A stretch of DNA of 57,333 nt from Eubacteriales bacterium (GTDB lineage Bacteria > Bacillota > Clostridia > Oscillospirales > CAG-382): the NCBI GenBank assembly GCA_045636285.1, contig JAZTXJ010000068.1, forward strand, positions 1-57,333, in the 5' to 3' direction. Within the stretch, counting starts at the first letter, position 1; the number at the start of each line of letters is the position of its first letter. This document shows positions 8,290-18,098 of the stretch, piece by piece. The notes under the pieces are model-generated. The model saw nothing but the letters and a program-made list of their open reading frames with translations. It was not told where the DNA came from and searched no databases. The translations under genes and the position numbers were made by a program.

Positions 8290-9651
8290 TTGAGCGAGCA
8301 CAATACCAATCTGCCCGAAAAGCAAAAGCCCTCTGCCGTCGCAACAAGACGAATCAGCAGTAAAACACCCAAAAAGGATAAATACGTGCGCTTTATAAAG
8401 CGTTTTCTGGCGCAGTTCGGAACGGCTATTCTCGCCGTATCGCTCGTTGCATACGTATTTCTTCAGCTTATGCTCAACGTAAGCATAAATCTCGACAGAG
8501 AAACAGCCACGTACGCAAGCATTACCGACCGTGCCGAGCTCGAAGCGTTCCTCTTCCGCGATGAAATGCTTATCCCCGCGGGTGCTTCGGGCACCAACTG
8601 CTTTCTTGCAGAGGACGGCGAAAAAATAAGGACCGGAGAAGAAATCGTAATCACCTACTCCGACCCGAACGACGTTCTGATACAGTCGCGCATAAGCGAA
8701 ATCGACAAAAGAATAGATATTCTCGAGCGCTCGAGCCTTTCGACCGGCGCATCGACGACCGATATACAGCTTCTCGATACTCAAATCGACGCGCTCGTGC
8801 TTTCGATAATCCGTCAGGTAGACAACAACGATTTCGATAAGGTCCTGCGCGAAAAGGAAGAGCTTTTGATATTGATGAACCGCCGTCAGACGCTGATACA
8901 GTCGGAAAGCTACGCCGCCGAGCTTTCACAGCTCACGCAGGAGCGCGAAAGCCTTTCCGCACAGCTTACGGGCGCAAGCTTTGTTACCGAATCGCCGAAA
9001 AGCGGATATTTTTATTCGACGGTGGACGGATACGAAAACAGCTTCACGGTTGAAGCCTTGCGTAATCTTACGGGCGAAGGCTTCGAACGGCTTGCCGATT
9101 CGGTTCCCGATAAAAGCATAATTTCGGGCTCTGCGGGCAAGGTCGTGCTTTCTTCGACATGGTATATCGCCGTTGCGATAGACAAGCGTACCGCCGAAAC
9201 CTTTGTCGACGGCAGATCCTACCCCATAACCTTCCAGTATTCCAACAACACCGAGCTGAATATGACTCTCGACAGACGTATCCCCCGTACCGATAAGGAT
9301 ATGACCGTTCTGGTATTCAGCACCAAAATAATGCCCGAAGGCTTCGATTATTCCCGCTGTCAGACAATCGAGCTCCCCACCGCAACCCACGAAGGAATCC
9401 GCGTGAGCAACAGCGCGATACGTATGAAGGACGGCGAAACGGGCGTATACACCGTTGTCGGCTCGAAGATAGTATTCAAAAAAACCACCGTGCTTTATAA
9501 CTACGGCAGCTATTCGATATGCGAAATCCCCGTCGATCCCGCATATCCCACACGCCGCGACGTTGCTTATTCTTCGAAAACCCAGCTTTCGCTTCACGAT
9601 TCGGTGGTTACCGACGGCGACGATATTTACGACGGAATGAGACTCAAGTAA
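8290..9651 (+). CDS. HlyD-family membrane-fusion/adaptor-like protein (as found upstream of yggS in Clostridia)
   Basis: N-terminal TM helix, coiled coil, SPKSGYFYSTVDGYE motif, C-terminal GIRV..SAI...DGETGVY. TTG start after GGAGG. Confidence 0.75.
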   Translation: MSEHNTNLPEKQKPSAVATRRISSKTPKKDKYVRFIKRFLAQFGTAILAVSLVAYVFLQLMLNVSINLDRETATYASITDRAELEAFLFRDEMLIPAGASGTNCFLAEDGEKIRTGEEIVITYSDPNDVLIQSRISEIDKRIDILERSSLSTGASTTDIQLLDTQIDALVLSIIRQVDNNDFDKVLREKEELLILMNRRQTLIQSESYAAELSQLTQERESLSAQLTGASFVTESPKSGYFYSTVDGYENSFTVEALRNLTGEGFERLADSVPDKSIISGSAGKVVLSSTWYIAVAIDKRTAETFVDGRSYPITFQYSNNTELNMTLDRRIPRTDKDMTVLVFSTKIMPEGFDYSRCQTIELPTATHEGIRVSNSAIRMKDGETGVYTVVGSKIVFKKTTVLYNYGSYSICEIPVDPAYPTRRDVAYSSKTQLSLHDSVVTDGDDIYDGMRLK

Positions 9652-9652
9652 A

Positions 9653-10345
9653 ATGAACACAAAAGAACAGATAGCCGAAAATATAGCGCGCATAAAATCC
9701 GAGCTCGGCTCTAAAGCAAGACTGCTGGCGGCAACGAAAACGGTTCCCGCAGATATTATCAATTTCGCGCTCGATTGCGGAATAGATCTTATCGGCGAAA
9801 ACCGCGTGAACGAGCTTTTGGAAAAATACGAATATATCGACAGAAGCCGCACCGAAATACACTTTATCGGCGCACTGCAAACGAACAAGGTAAAATATAT
9901 TATCGATAAGGTCGATATGATCCACTCGGTCGATCGAATCTCGCTTGCCGATGAAATAGAGCGTCAGGCGGCAAAGCGCGGTATAATTATGCCCGTGCTT
10001 GTCGAAATAAATATCGGAAACGAGGAAGCAAAATCGGGTATTGCACCCGAAGAAGCCGCTCGGTTTTGTCAATACGTCGCCTCGATGCCGCATATAAAGC
10101 TGTGCGGATTGATGGCTGTTCCCCCGAAAAGTGTAAATTTCGGTGATAATCGAAAATATTTTTGCGAAATGAAGAAAATATTTATTGACATATCGGGCAG
10201 AAATGTAGATAATAGTATTATGGACATTCTATCGCTCGGTATGAGCGACGACTATGCCGATGCCGTCGAATGCGGCTCGACGTTGGTCAGAGTGGGAAGC
10301 GCGATTTTCGGCAAACGCAGCTACCCCGAAAACAATTCGAATTAA
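9653..10345 (+). CDS. yggS: PLP homeostasis protein YggS/YlmE
   Basis: LLAATKT, GENRVNE, HFIGALQTNKVK, LSLGMSDDY..AVECGSTLVRVGSAIFG. Confidence 0.96.
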   Translation: MNTKEQIAENIARIKSELGSKARLLAATKTVPADIINFALDCGIDLIGENRVNELLEKYEYIDRSRTEIHFIGALQTNKVKYIIDKVDMIHSVDRISLADEIERQAAKRGIIMPVLVEINIGNEEAKSGIAPEEAARFCQYVASMPHIKLCGLMAVPPKSVNFGDNRKYFCEMKKIFIDISGRNVDNSIMDILSLGMSDDYADAVECGSTLVRVGSAIFGKRSYPENNSN

Positions 10346-10377
10346 AATTTTAATAAACATATCAGGAGGCACACACA

Positions 10378-10851
10378 ATGGGATTCATTAACCGCATAGG
10401 CGATCTCTTTAAGTCACCCGAAGAGGATTTTGACGACAACGAACAATACGAAGGATACGAAGACGAAGAAGAGGAAGAAGCAGCTCCCGCTCCCGTACAG
10501 CAGCCCAAGGCAGCTCCCGCTCCCGCAAGAGCAACCGGCGGTATTTCTTCCGGCGCGGCATTGGAAATGAAGGTCGTTAAGCCCGAACGCTTCGATGAAG
10601 TAAAGGCTATCGGCGAGCATCTTCTTGCAAGACGCACCGTTGTTCTTAACCTTGAAGAAACCAACAAAGAAACCACCAAGCGCATTATAGACTTTCTCTG
10701 CGGCGTTGTATTCGCTATCGACGGTCAGGTAAAGAAGGTTGCAAACGCTACCTACGTTGTTACCCCCAAGAACGTTGACGTTTCGGGCGAACAGTCCGAA
10801 GCTCCCGCCGAAAACGGCGCAGGCAAGCAGCCCAGAGAGCTTTTCCAGTGA
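10378..10851 (+). CDS. sepF: Cell division protein SepF
   Basis: VVKPERFDEV..I..HL...RTVVLNLE....RIIDFLCG..FAIDG..KKV...YVVTP.NVDV. Confidence 0.95.
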   Translation: MGFINRIGDLFKSPEEDFDDNEQYEGYEDEEEEEAAPAPVQQPKAAPAPARATGGISSGAALEMKVVKPERFDEVKAIGEHLLARRTVVLNLEETNKETTKRIIDFLCGVVFAIDGQVKKVANATYVVTPKNVDVSGEQSEAPAENGAGKQPRELFQ

Positions 10852-10870
10852 TTGACGGAGAACCGATTTT

Positions 10871-11143
10871 TTGGAAGAATTATTTTTCATTGTATCACAG
10901 TCGGTAAACGCATTTTTAAGCCTGTTCGTTTTTTTGCTGCTCGCAAGAGTGCTTTGGGGCTTCTTCTCGGAAGAAGAAGAATCGAGGGTATATTTCTTTC
11001 TTTATGCAATTACCGAACCTGTGGTTTCGCCCGTGCGCAATCTGCTTGCGCGCATCCCCTTTTTTCAAGAATCGCCGATCGACTTTTCGTTTATGGCGAC
11101 CTGTCTTTTAATATCAATAGTTCTGACTGCACTACCGCTTTAA
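10871..11143 (+). CDS. YggT/YlmG family membrane protein
   Basis: LYAITEPVVSPVR...PIDFS motif and position after sepF. Confidence 0.88.
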   Translation: MEELFFIVSQSVNAFLSLFVFLLLARVLWGFFSEEEESRVYFFLYAITEPVVSPVRNLLARIPFFQESPIDFSFMATCLLISIVLTALPL

Positions 11144-11237
11144 TTTTTCATTAAAGATAGTAGTGCTTTTGGGCTTTTTGCAGATCTGACAGCAGTTTCG
11201 ATATGCAACAATAAAAACCCGAAAGGAGCGATGCACA

Positions 11238-11975
11238 ATGCTGGCACCGCACGAATTAAAAAACAAACAGTTCCAAAAAACCTTCAAGGGCTACAATCCT
11301 CAGGAGGTAGATGAATATCTCGCGTTTGTGCTCGAAAAGTATACCGAGCTCTACCGCGAAAACAACGAGCTTGAACGCAAGCTTAGAATCGTTGTAACGA
11401 ATCTTGATGAAATCAAGGACGAAGAGGAATCTATAAGAAGCACTCTTATTTCCGCGCAGAAAATGGCAGAAAAGATTATTGCCGATGCAAACGACCGCGC
11501 CGATATTATTACCGGTGCGATAAAGGACCGTTGCGACGGCGTTATCGCAGAATTCCGCCAGCAGCTTCAGGCGGAAAAGGAAAAGGCTTGGATCATGCGT
11601 ACCCGTATTATTGATTTCAAAAAATCGGTTTACGAGCTTTACGGCACGCATATCGCCGAGCTTAAGGATCTTTCGGTCAACGAAATCGAAGACATCGTGC
11701 TTCCCAACGACGACGCTCTTATCGCAGGAATATTCAACGACGTAAAGGGCAGAATCGAAGAAGAAACCGAACGCCGCAAGAATGTGCGCGAATTAAAGAA
11801 CGAAGAACCCCGCTTTGCCGAAGCCGAAGAGGAAGAATCTCCCGCACAGGAGATCGCAAGCACGGTCGCAGGTAACCGACCCGAGCTTTCGCCCGAAGCA
11901 AAGGAAGCAGAGGACGAATATCTTAAATACATGATGGGAGAAGACGAAAACGAAGAAGAAAACACCGAAGAATAA
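11238..11975 (+). CDS. divIVA: DivIVA domain protein
   Basis: MLAPHELKNKQFQKTFKGYNPQEVDEYL followed by coiled coil. Confidence 0.92.
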   Translation: MLAPHELKNKQFQKTFKGYNPQEVDEYLAFVLEKYTELYRENNELERKLRIVVTNLDEIKDEEESIRSTLISAQKMAEKIIADANDRADIITGAIKDRCDGVIAEFRQQLQAEKEKAWIMRTRIIDFKKSVYELYGTHIAELKDLSVNEIEDIVLPNDDALIAGIFNDVKGRIEEETERRKNVRELKNEEPRFAEAEEEESPAQEIASTVAGNRPELSPEAKEAEDEYLKYMMGEDENEEENTEE

Positions 11976-11997
11976 TCGGCTTCGTTTTTAAACAGCA

Positions 11998-14802
11998 ATG
12001 AAGGACTACAAGGATACACTCAATCTGCCCGCCACCGAATTTCCGATGAGAGGCAACCTCCCCACAAAGGAGCCCGAAACACTCAACCGCTGGAGCGAAG
12101 AAAAGCTTTACCGTACAATGCTTGAAAAGAACGCAGGCAAGCCCGCGTTCGTGCTTCACGACGGCCCTCCCTTCAGTAACGGCTTCATTCACATGGGCCA
12201 CGCACTCAATAAAATACTCAAGGATTTCATTATAAAATCCAAAGCGATGGGCGGCTATTATACCCCCTACGTTCCCGGCTGGGATAACCACGGACTTCCT
12301 ATCGAAAGAGCGATCGAAAAGACCAAAAAGGATCTCAACAAGGATATGTCCGTTCCCGAATTCAGAAAGGCGTGCGAAGCATTTGCAGAGGACTTTATCC
12401 AAAAGCAGATGTCGGGCTTTAAGCGCCTCGGCGTTGTGGGCGATTGGGACGCACCCTATCGCACCATGGACAGACATTTCGAAGCGCAGGAGGTTAAAAT
12501 CTTCGGTGCGATGTTCGATAAGGGCTATATTTACAAGGGCTTAAAGCCCGTAACCTGGTGCCCCTTCTGTGCTACCGCCGTGGCGGAAGCGGATATCGAA
12601 TATCACGACGACCCCTGCACCTCTGTATACGTTAAGTTCAAAATGAACGACGATCAGGGCAAGCTCGCAGGCTTCGATCTCGAAAATACCTATTTCGTTA
12701 TCTGGACCACTACTATCTGGACTCTTCCCGGCAATATAGCTATCTGCCTCCACCCCCGCGAAAGCTATGCGCTCGTAAAGGCGGAAAACGGCGAAACCTA
12801 TATTATGGCAGAAGCACTCACCGAAAAAACAATGAAGATGGGCGGCTTTGAAAATTACGAAATTCTCGCTACCTTCCCCGGCGAATTTTTCGAAAATATG
12901 CAAGCAACCCACCCCTTCCTCGAAAAAACCTCCCGCCTCGTTTACGCCGAATACGTAACAATGGACAGCGGTACCGGCTGTGTTCACACCGCGCCCGGCT
13001 TCGGTGCAGACGACTATCAGACCTGTATGAGATACGGTATGGATCTTGTCGTGCCCGTTGACGACCACGGCAGGCACACCGATTACGCAGGCAAGTATGC
13101 GGGACTCAAAACCGAAGAATCGAATGCGATCATTCTCGAGGATATGAAGGAATCGGGCGCACTCTTCGCATCCGAAAATATTATGCACTCCTATCCCCAC
13201 CACGACCGCTGCAAAAAGCCGGTTATCTTCCGTGCGACACCCCAGTGGTTCTGCTCGGTTGAATCCTTCAAGGATCAGGCGATCAAGGCGATCGAAAACG
13301 TTAAATGGTATCCCGCGTGGGGCGAAGACAGAATGGTCAGCATGATCAGAGAAAGATCCGACTGGTGTATTTCCCGTCAGCGCCGTTGGGCTCTTCCCAT
13401 TCCCGTTTTCTACTGTAAGGATTGCGGCAAGCCCGTTTCTACCCCCGAATCTATTGCAAAAATATCCGCTCTCTTCGACGAGCACGGCTCGAACGCTTGG
13501 TTCGAACGCGAAGCGGAGGAGCTTATTCCCGAAGGATTTACCTGCCCGCACTGCAACGGCAAGGAATTCGAAAAGGAAACCGATACACTCGACTGCTGGT
13601 TCGACTCCGGCTCTACCCACTTTGCATCGCTCATGAACGATGCGCCTGAGCTTTGGCCCGCAGACGTATATCTCGAAGGTGCAGACCAGTACCGCGGCTG
13701 GTTCCAGTCGAGCCTTCTCACCTCTGTCGGCGCGCTCGATAAGGGTGCTCCCTTCAAGCAGGTTCTTACTCACGGCTGGGTTGTTGACGGTCAGGGACGT
13801 GCAATGCACAAGAGCTTAGGAAACGGCGTAGACCCCGCAGATCTTATTAAGGATTTCGGCGCGGATATCGTTCGTCTTTGGGCGGCTTCCTCCGACTATC
13901 ACGCAGACGTTCGCTGCTCGAAGGAAATATTCAAGCAGCTTTCCGAATCCTACCGCAAGCTCAGAAATACGTTGCGTATACTTCTTGCAAATCTCGGCTC
14001 GGCAGAAACCGATTTCGACCCGAACAGAGATATGGTTGCACCCGATGCGCTTACCGATATTGACAAATGGGCAATTTCGCGCCTTAACAAGCTCGTAAAG
14101 CGCGTTCGTGAAGCATACGACGGTTATCAGTTCCATATCGTTTACCACGATATTCACAACTTCTGCTCGATCGATATGTCGAAGCTTTATATCGACATCA
14201 CCAAGGACAGACTTTACTGCGAAGCAAAGAACGATCCCGCACGCCGCAGCACTCAGACCGCAATGTATATAATCGCAAGCGCGCTCACAAGATTGCTCGC
14301 ACCCGTGCTTTCCTACACCGCAGAAGAGGTTTGGACCTATATCACCCATTTGGAAGGCGAAGATTCGCGCAGTGTATTCTGCAACGATATGCCTGCATTC
14401 GAAGAAAAATACGATTTTTCGGACATCGAAGAAAAATACGAATCGCTCTTCACCCTGCGTGACGGCGTTATGAAGGCGCTTGAATTGGCAAGAGCCGAAA
14501 AGACTATCGGTAAATCGCTCGAAGCGGCTGTTACCGTATATGCCGGCGCAGACAGCGAAGCGATGAAGCTCTTCAAGCAGTTCGAAGCTATCCTGCCCGA
14601 TATCTTTATCGTGAGCAAGGTAACGCTTTGCGAAGGCGAAATCCCCGCAAGCGCATATACCGATGAAGAAACCGGCATTTCGGTTTCGGTTACGGTTGCA
14701 GAAGGCGAAAAGTGTGTCCGCTGCTGGATGCAGAAGGACGACTGCACTCCCGATGAGGACGGTCAGCATCTTTGTGCTCGCTGCCGTAAGGCTGTATGTT
14801 AG
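11998..14802 (+). CDS. ileS: Isoleucine--tRNA ligase (type 1)
   Basis: LHDGPPF.NG..HMGH, PGWDNHGLPIE, WTTT.WTLP, GTGCVHTAPG.G, DWCISRQR, EGADQYRGWF, AMHKSLGN, C-terminal C-x2-C...C-x2-C zinc finger. Confidence 0.98.
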   Translation: MKDYKDTLNLPATEFPMRGNLPTKEPETLNRWSEEKLYRTMLEKNAGKPAFVLHDGPPFSNGFIHMGHALNKILKDFIIKSKAMGGYYTPYVPGWDNHGLPIERAIEKTKKDLNKDMSVPEFRKACEAFAEDFIQKQMSGFKRLGVVGDWDAPYRTMDRHFEAQEVKIFGAMFDKGYIYKGLKPVTWCPFCATAVAEADIEYHDDPCTSVYVKFKMNDDQGKLAGFDLENTYFVIWTTTIWTLPGNIAICLHPRESYALVKAENGETYIMAEALTEKTMKMGGFENYEILATFPGEFFENMQATHPFLEKTSRLVYAEYVTMDSGTGCVHTAPGFGADDYQTCMRYGMDLVVPVDDHGRHTDYAGKYAGLKTEESNAIILEDMKESGALFASENIMHSYPHHDRCKKPVIFRATPQWFCSVESFKDQAIKAIENVKWYPAWGEDRMVSMIRERSDWCISRQRRWALPIPVFYCKDCGKPVSTPESIAKISALFDEHGSNAWFEREAEELIPEGFTCPHCNGKEFEKETDTLDCWFDSGSTHFASLMNDAPELWPADVYLEGADQYRGWFQSSLLTSVGALDKGAPFKQVLTHGWVVDGQGRAMHKSLGNGVDPADLIKDFGADIVRLWAASSDYHADVRCSKEIFKQLSESYRKLRNTLRILLANLGSAETDFDPNRDMVAPDALTDIDKWAISRLNKLVKRVREAYDGYQFHIVYHDIHNFCSIDMSKLYIDITKDRLYCEAKNDPARRSTQTAMYIIASALTRLLAPVLSYTAEEVWTYITHLEGEDSRSVFCNDMPAFEEKYDFSDIEEKYESLFTLRDGVMKALELARAEKTIGKSLEAAVTVYAGADSEAMKLFKQFEAILPDIFIVSKVTLCEGEIPASAYTDEETGISVSVTVAEGEKCVRCWMQKDDCTPDEDGQHLCARCRKAVC

Positions 14803-15344
14803 CAGCAATTATCGCGGTCGTTGCGGTAATTCTGGATCAGGTCAGCAAATATATCGTCGTTCAAAATATCGGACTTTATGAAACAAAGCCGTTTATTAAC
14901 GGATTTATGAGCTTTTACCACACACGCAACACCGGCGCGGCGTTTTCGATGCTCGCCGATCAGCGTTGGGTGTTTATGGTGTTCTCGGTAATCTCGATGG
15001 GCTTGATTATCTATCTGCTTATCAAGGAATACCGTCGCCACATGCTTATGAATATCGCGCTCGGTATGATTCTCGGCGGCGGTATCGGCAATATGATCGA
15101 CAGAATACTGCTCGGCTACGTTGTCGATTTCTTCCACACCGATTTTGTCGATTTTGCCGTGTTCAATATTGCCGATTGCTTTATAACCGTCGGTGCGGTG
15201 CTTTTGGCGGTATACGTCATTTTTATCGAACCGAAGGTCGAAAAAAGACTTCAGGCAGAACAAAAGGCAAAGGAAGAAGCCGCGCTGGCTGCATCTGCCG
15301 AACCCTGCGAAAACACATCCGAAGGAAACGGCGAAAATGGATAA
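14796..15344 (+). CDS. lspA: Signal peptidase II
   Basis: DQVSK, NTGAAFS, GGIGNMIDR, VVDF, FNIADCFI. Confidence 0.96.
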   Translation: MLAAIIAVVAVILDQVSKYIVVQNIGLYETKPFINGFMSFYHTRNTGAAFSMLADQRWVFMVFSVISMGLIIYLLIKEYRRHMLMNIALGMILGGGIGNMIDRILLGYVVDFFHTDFVDFAVFNIADCFITVGAVLLAVYVIFIEPKVEKRLQAEQKAKEEAALAASAEPCENTSEGNGENG

Positions 15345-16248
15345 TTACATCGTTACCGAGCTCGACGCGAACGAAAAATTACGGCTCGATGCGTTTGCCG
15401 CAAGGATTTTCGATATAAGTCGTTCACGCGCACAGGAGCTTATTTCCGAAGGACTTGTTACCGTAAACGGTAAAAAATGCGAAAAGAAGCTTATTCTTTC
15501 GGCGGGCGACAGTATCGAAATAGAGCTCCCGCCCGAACGCGAGCTCGAAGCAGTTCCGCAAAACATTCCTATTGATATAATTTACGAGGACGATTACCTT
15601 CTGGTAGTCGATAAGCCGCGCGGTATGGTGGTTCACCCTGCCGCAGGCAACCCCGATCAAACTCTTGTAAACGCTCTGCTTTACCACTGCAAAGGTCGTT
15701 TATCGTCGATAAACGGCGTTATCCGTCCGGGTATCGTTCACCGTATCGATAAAGATACCTCCGGCTTGCTTATCGTGGCGAAAACCGATGAAGCGCATCA
15801 GGGGCTTGCCGAACAGATCGCGGTCCACTCCTTCGAACGCAAGTACGAAGCGATCGTGGGCGGTCATCTGCGCGAAAGCGAGGGTACGGTGTGCGCCCCT
15901 ATCGGCAGACACAAGACCGACAGAAAGAAAATGGCGGTCACCGAGCATAATTCGAAGGAAGCAACGACCCACTGGCGCGTTGTTGCCGAAGGCAGAGAAT
16001 ATTCCCATTTGGAGCTCACGCTCGAAACGGGACGCACCCATCAGATCAGGGTGCACATGGCGTATATCGGACACCCCGTCGCGGGCGACACGGTATACGG
16101 AAACGTACGGTACAGGCTTGGCATGGAAGGTCAATGTCTGTTCGCAAAATACATATCTTTTGTCCACCCGATAACGGGCGAGACTATGACGTTTGAAGCG
16201 GCAAGACCGACGTATTTCAGCGATGCGTTAAGGCGTGCCGGGCTTTAG
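15337..16248 (+). CDS. RluA/RluD-family pseudouridine synthase with S4 domain
   Basis: RLDAF...SRSRAQELI..G.V.VNG (S4), KPRGMVVHP, HRIDKDTSG, TGRTHQIRVH. Start moved to ATG 15337. Confidence 0.95.
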   Translation: MDNYIVTELDANEKLRLDAFAARIFDISRSRAQELISEGLVTVNGKKCEKKLILSAGDSIEIELPPERELEAVPQNIPIDIIYEDDYLLVVDKPRGMVVHPAAGNPDQTLVNALLYHCKGRLSSINGVIRPGIVHRIDKDTSGLLIVAKTDEAHQGLAEQIAVHSFERKYEAIVGGHLRESEGTVCAPIGRHKTDRKKMAVTEHNSKEATTHWRVVAEGREYSHLELTLETGRTHQIRVHMAYIGHPVAGDTVYGNVRYRLGMEGQCLFAKYISFVHPITGETMTFEAARPTYFSDALRRAGL

Positions 16249-16268
16249 TCAAGAAAGGAAACGCGAAA

Positions 16269-17123
16269 ATGGAAAAAAACACCGTATTAATGCTGAAAGA
16301 AAGAGCCGCTAAAGTCAGAATGCATTCTGTCGATGCGGTCTACGGCGCAAAAAGCGGCCATCCGGGCGGATCGCTGTCGATTGCGGACGTAATCACCTAC
16401 CTCTATTTCCACAAAATGAACATCGACCCGAAAAATCCCGAAATGGAATCGCGCGACAGATTTGTGCTCTCTAAGGGCCACTGCTGCCCCGCGCTCTATT
16501 CTGCACTCGCGGAAAGAGGCTATTTCGATGCAAGCGAGCTTAAAAACCTTCGCAAATTGGGCGCGATGCTTCAGGGCCACCCCGATATGAAGGGCATTCC
16601 CGGTATCGATATGTCTACCGGCTCGCTCGGTCAGGGCTTCTCTACCGCTTGCGGTATGGCGGCTGTGGCAAAGCGCAAGGGATACGACTGGAAGGTCTAT
16701 ACCGCTTTGGGCGACGGCGAAATCGAAGAGGGTCAGGTTTGGGAAGCGGCAATGTTCGCCAACCAATATAAGCTCGACAACATTATCGCCTTTATCGACT
16801 GCAACGGCTATCAGATCGACGGCGCTGTCGAAGACGTTATGAACCCCCACCCCGTCGATGAAAAGTTCAGAGCGTTCGGCTGGTTCGTAACCGTTATCGA
16901 CGGTCACGATTTCGAAGCGATCGACAACGCAGTAAACGAAGCGCTTAACTGCGGCAAGCCCGCGGCAATTATTTGCAAAACCGTTAAGGGCAAGGGCGTA
17001 TCTTATATGGAAAACAACTATTCGTGGCACGGCAAAGCTCCCAACGGCGATGAATATGCTATCGCCCAAAAAGAGCTTTACGAAGCATGGGTAAAGGCAG
17101 CGGAGGATGTTAAAAATGGCTGA
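16269..17123 (+). CDS. Transketolase, N-terminal subunit
   Basis: SGHPGGSLS, RDRFVLSKGH, STGSLGQG, GDGEIEEGQVWEAAM, WHGKAP. Confidence 0.95.
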   Translation: MEKNTVLMLKERAAKVRMHSVDAVYGAKSGHPGGSLSIADVITYLYFHKMNIDPKNPEMESRDRFVLSKGHCCPALYSALAERGYFDASELKNLRKLGAMLQGHPDMKGIPGIDMSTGSLGQGFSTACGMAAVAKRKGYDWKVYTALGDGEIEEGQVWEAAMFANQYKLDNIIAFIDCNGYQIDGAVEDVMNPHPVDEKFRAFGWFVTVIDGHDFEAIDNAVNEALNCGKPAAIICKTVKGKGVSYMENNYSWHGKAPNGDEYAIAQKELYEAWVKAAEDVKNG

Positions 17124-18051
17124 AAAAGAAGCAACAAGAGTCGCATACGGCAGAAAGCTCACCGAGCTCGGTGAAAAATACGATTTTTACGTGCTCGATG
17201 CCGACCTTTCGGGCTCGACACAGACCGCTGTTTTCGCAAAGAAATATCCCGAACGCTTTTTTAACTGCGGTATAGCAGAGGGCAATATGATCTCTGTTGC
17301 GGCAGGTATCGCCGCTACCGGCGTGCCCGCGTTTGCATCGTCCTTTGCGATGTTTGCCTGCGGCAGAGCGTTCGAGCAGATAAGAAACTCGGTCGCATAT
17401 CCCCAGCTCCCCGTTAAAATCTGCGCATCGCACGCAGGTATCACCGTCGGTGAAGACGGCGCTACTCACCAGTTCTGCGAAGATATGGCAATAATGCGCG
17501 CACTTCCGAATATGACGGTCGTTTGTCCCGCAGACTCGGCTTCCACCGAAGCTCTGCTCGAAGAAATCGTAAAATTCAACGGTCCCGTATATATGCGCTT
17601 GGGCAGATATGCGGTTCCCCAGTTCTATACCAAGGGCGAGCAGGAATTCAAGCTCGGCAAGGGTATCGTGCTTGCAGACGGTAAGGACGTTACCATAGTT
17701 GCAACCGGTATTATGGTTGCCGCGGCTATGGAAGCGCGCGAAATTCTCGCAAGCGAAGGTATCGATGCCGCAGTGCTCGATATTCACACCGTTAAGCCTT
17801 TGGACACCGAGCTTATCACCGAATACGCTAAAAAGACCGGCAACGTTGTAACCAGCGAAGAGCATTCGGTTATCGGCGGTCTTGGCGACGCGGTAATTTC
17901 GGCACTTGCCGAAACTGCCTGCGCAAAGGTTGTTAAGCACGGTATCGACGACGTTTTCGGCACCAGCGCACCCGCAGGAGTATTGCTTGAGCACTACAAG
18001 CTCAATGCAGGCGGCATTGTCGAAAAGGTTAAGAAGCTGCTCAATAAATAA
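17116..18051 (+). CDS. Transketolase, C-terminal subunit
   Basis: DADLSGST, GIAEGNM, GEDGATHQ, GPVYMRLGR, EEHSVIGGLG. Confidence 0.95.
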   Translation: MAEKEATRVAYGRKLTELGEKYDFYVLDADLSGSTQTAVFAKKYPERFFNCGIAEGNMISVAAGIAATGVPAFASSFAMFACGRAFEQIRNSVAYPQLPVKICASHAGITVGEDGATHQFCEDMAIMRALPNMTVVCPADSASTEALLEEIVKFNGPVYMRLGRYAVPQFYTKGEQEFKLGKGIVLADGKDVTIVATGIMVAAAMEAREILASEGIDAAVLDIHTVKPLDTELITEYAKKTGNVVTSEEHSVIGGLGDAVISALAETACAKVVKHGIDDVFGTSAPAGVLLEHYKLNAGGIVEKVKKLLNK

Positions 18052-18057
18052 AAAACG

Positions 18058-18079
18058 AGGGGTATCTGATGATACCCCT
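18058..18079 (+). terminator. Hairpin after transketolase (possible weak terminator)
   Basis: AGGGGTATC-TGAT-GATACCCCT, followed by TAATTT. Confidence 0.5.
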
Positions 18080-18098
18080 TAATTTAAACGGTGCAATT

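Noticed and set aside
15193-15336. Extended N-termini in the ORF track (rluA, miaA, uppP, SBPs, holB, XRE, DUF4956, coiled-coil gene)
   Set aside because: Downstream starts have better RBSs or match family N-termini. The extensions overlap neighbouring genes or promoters.
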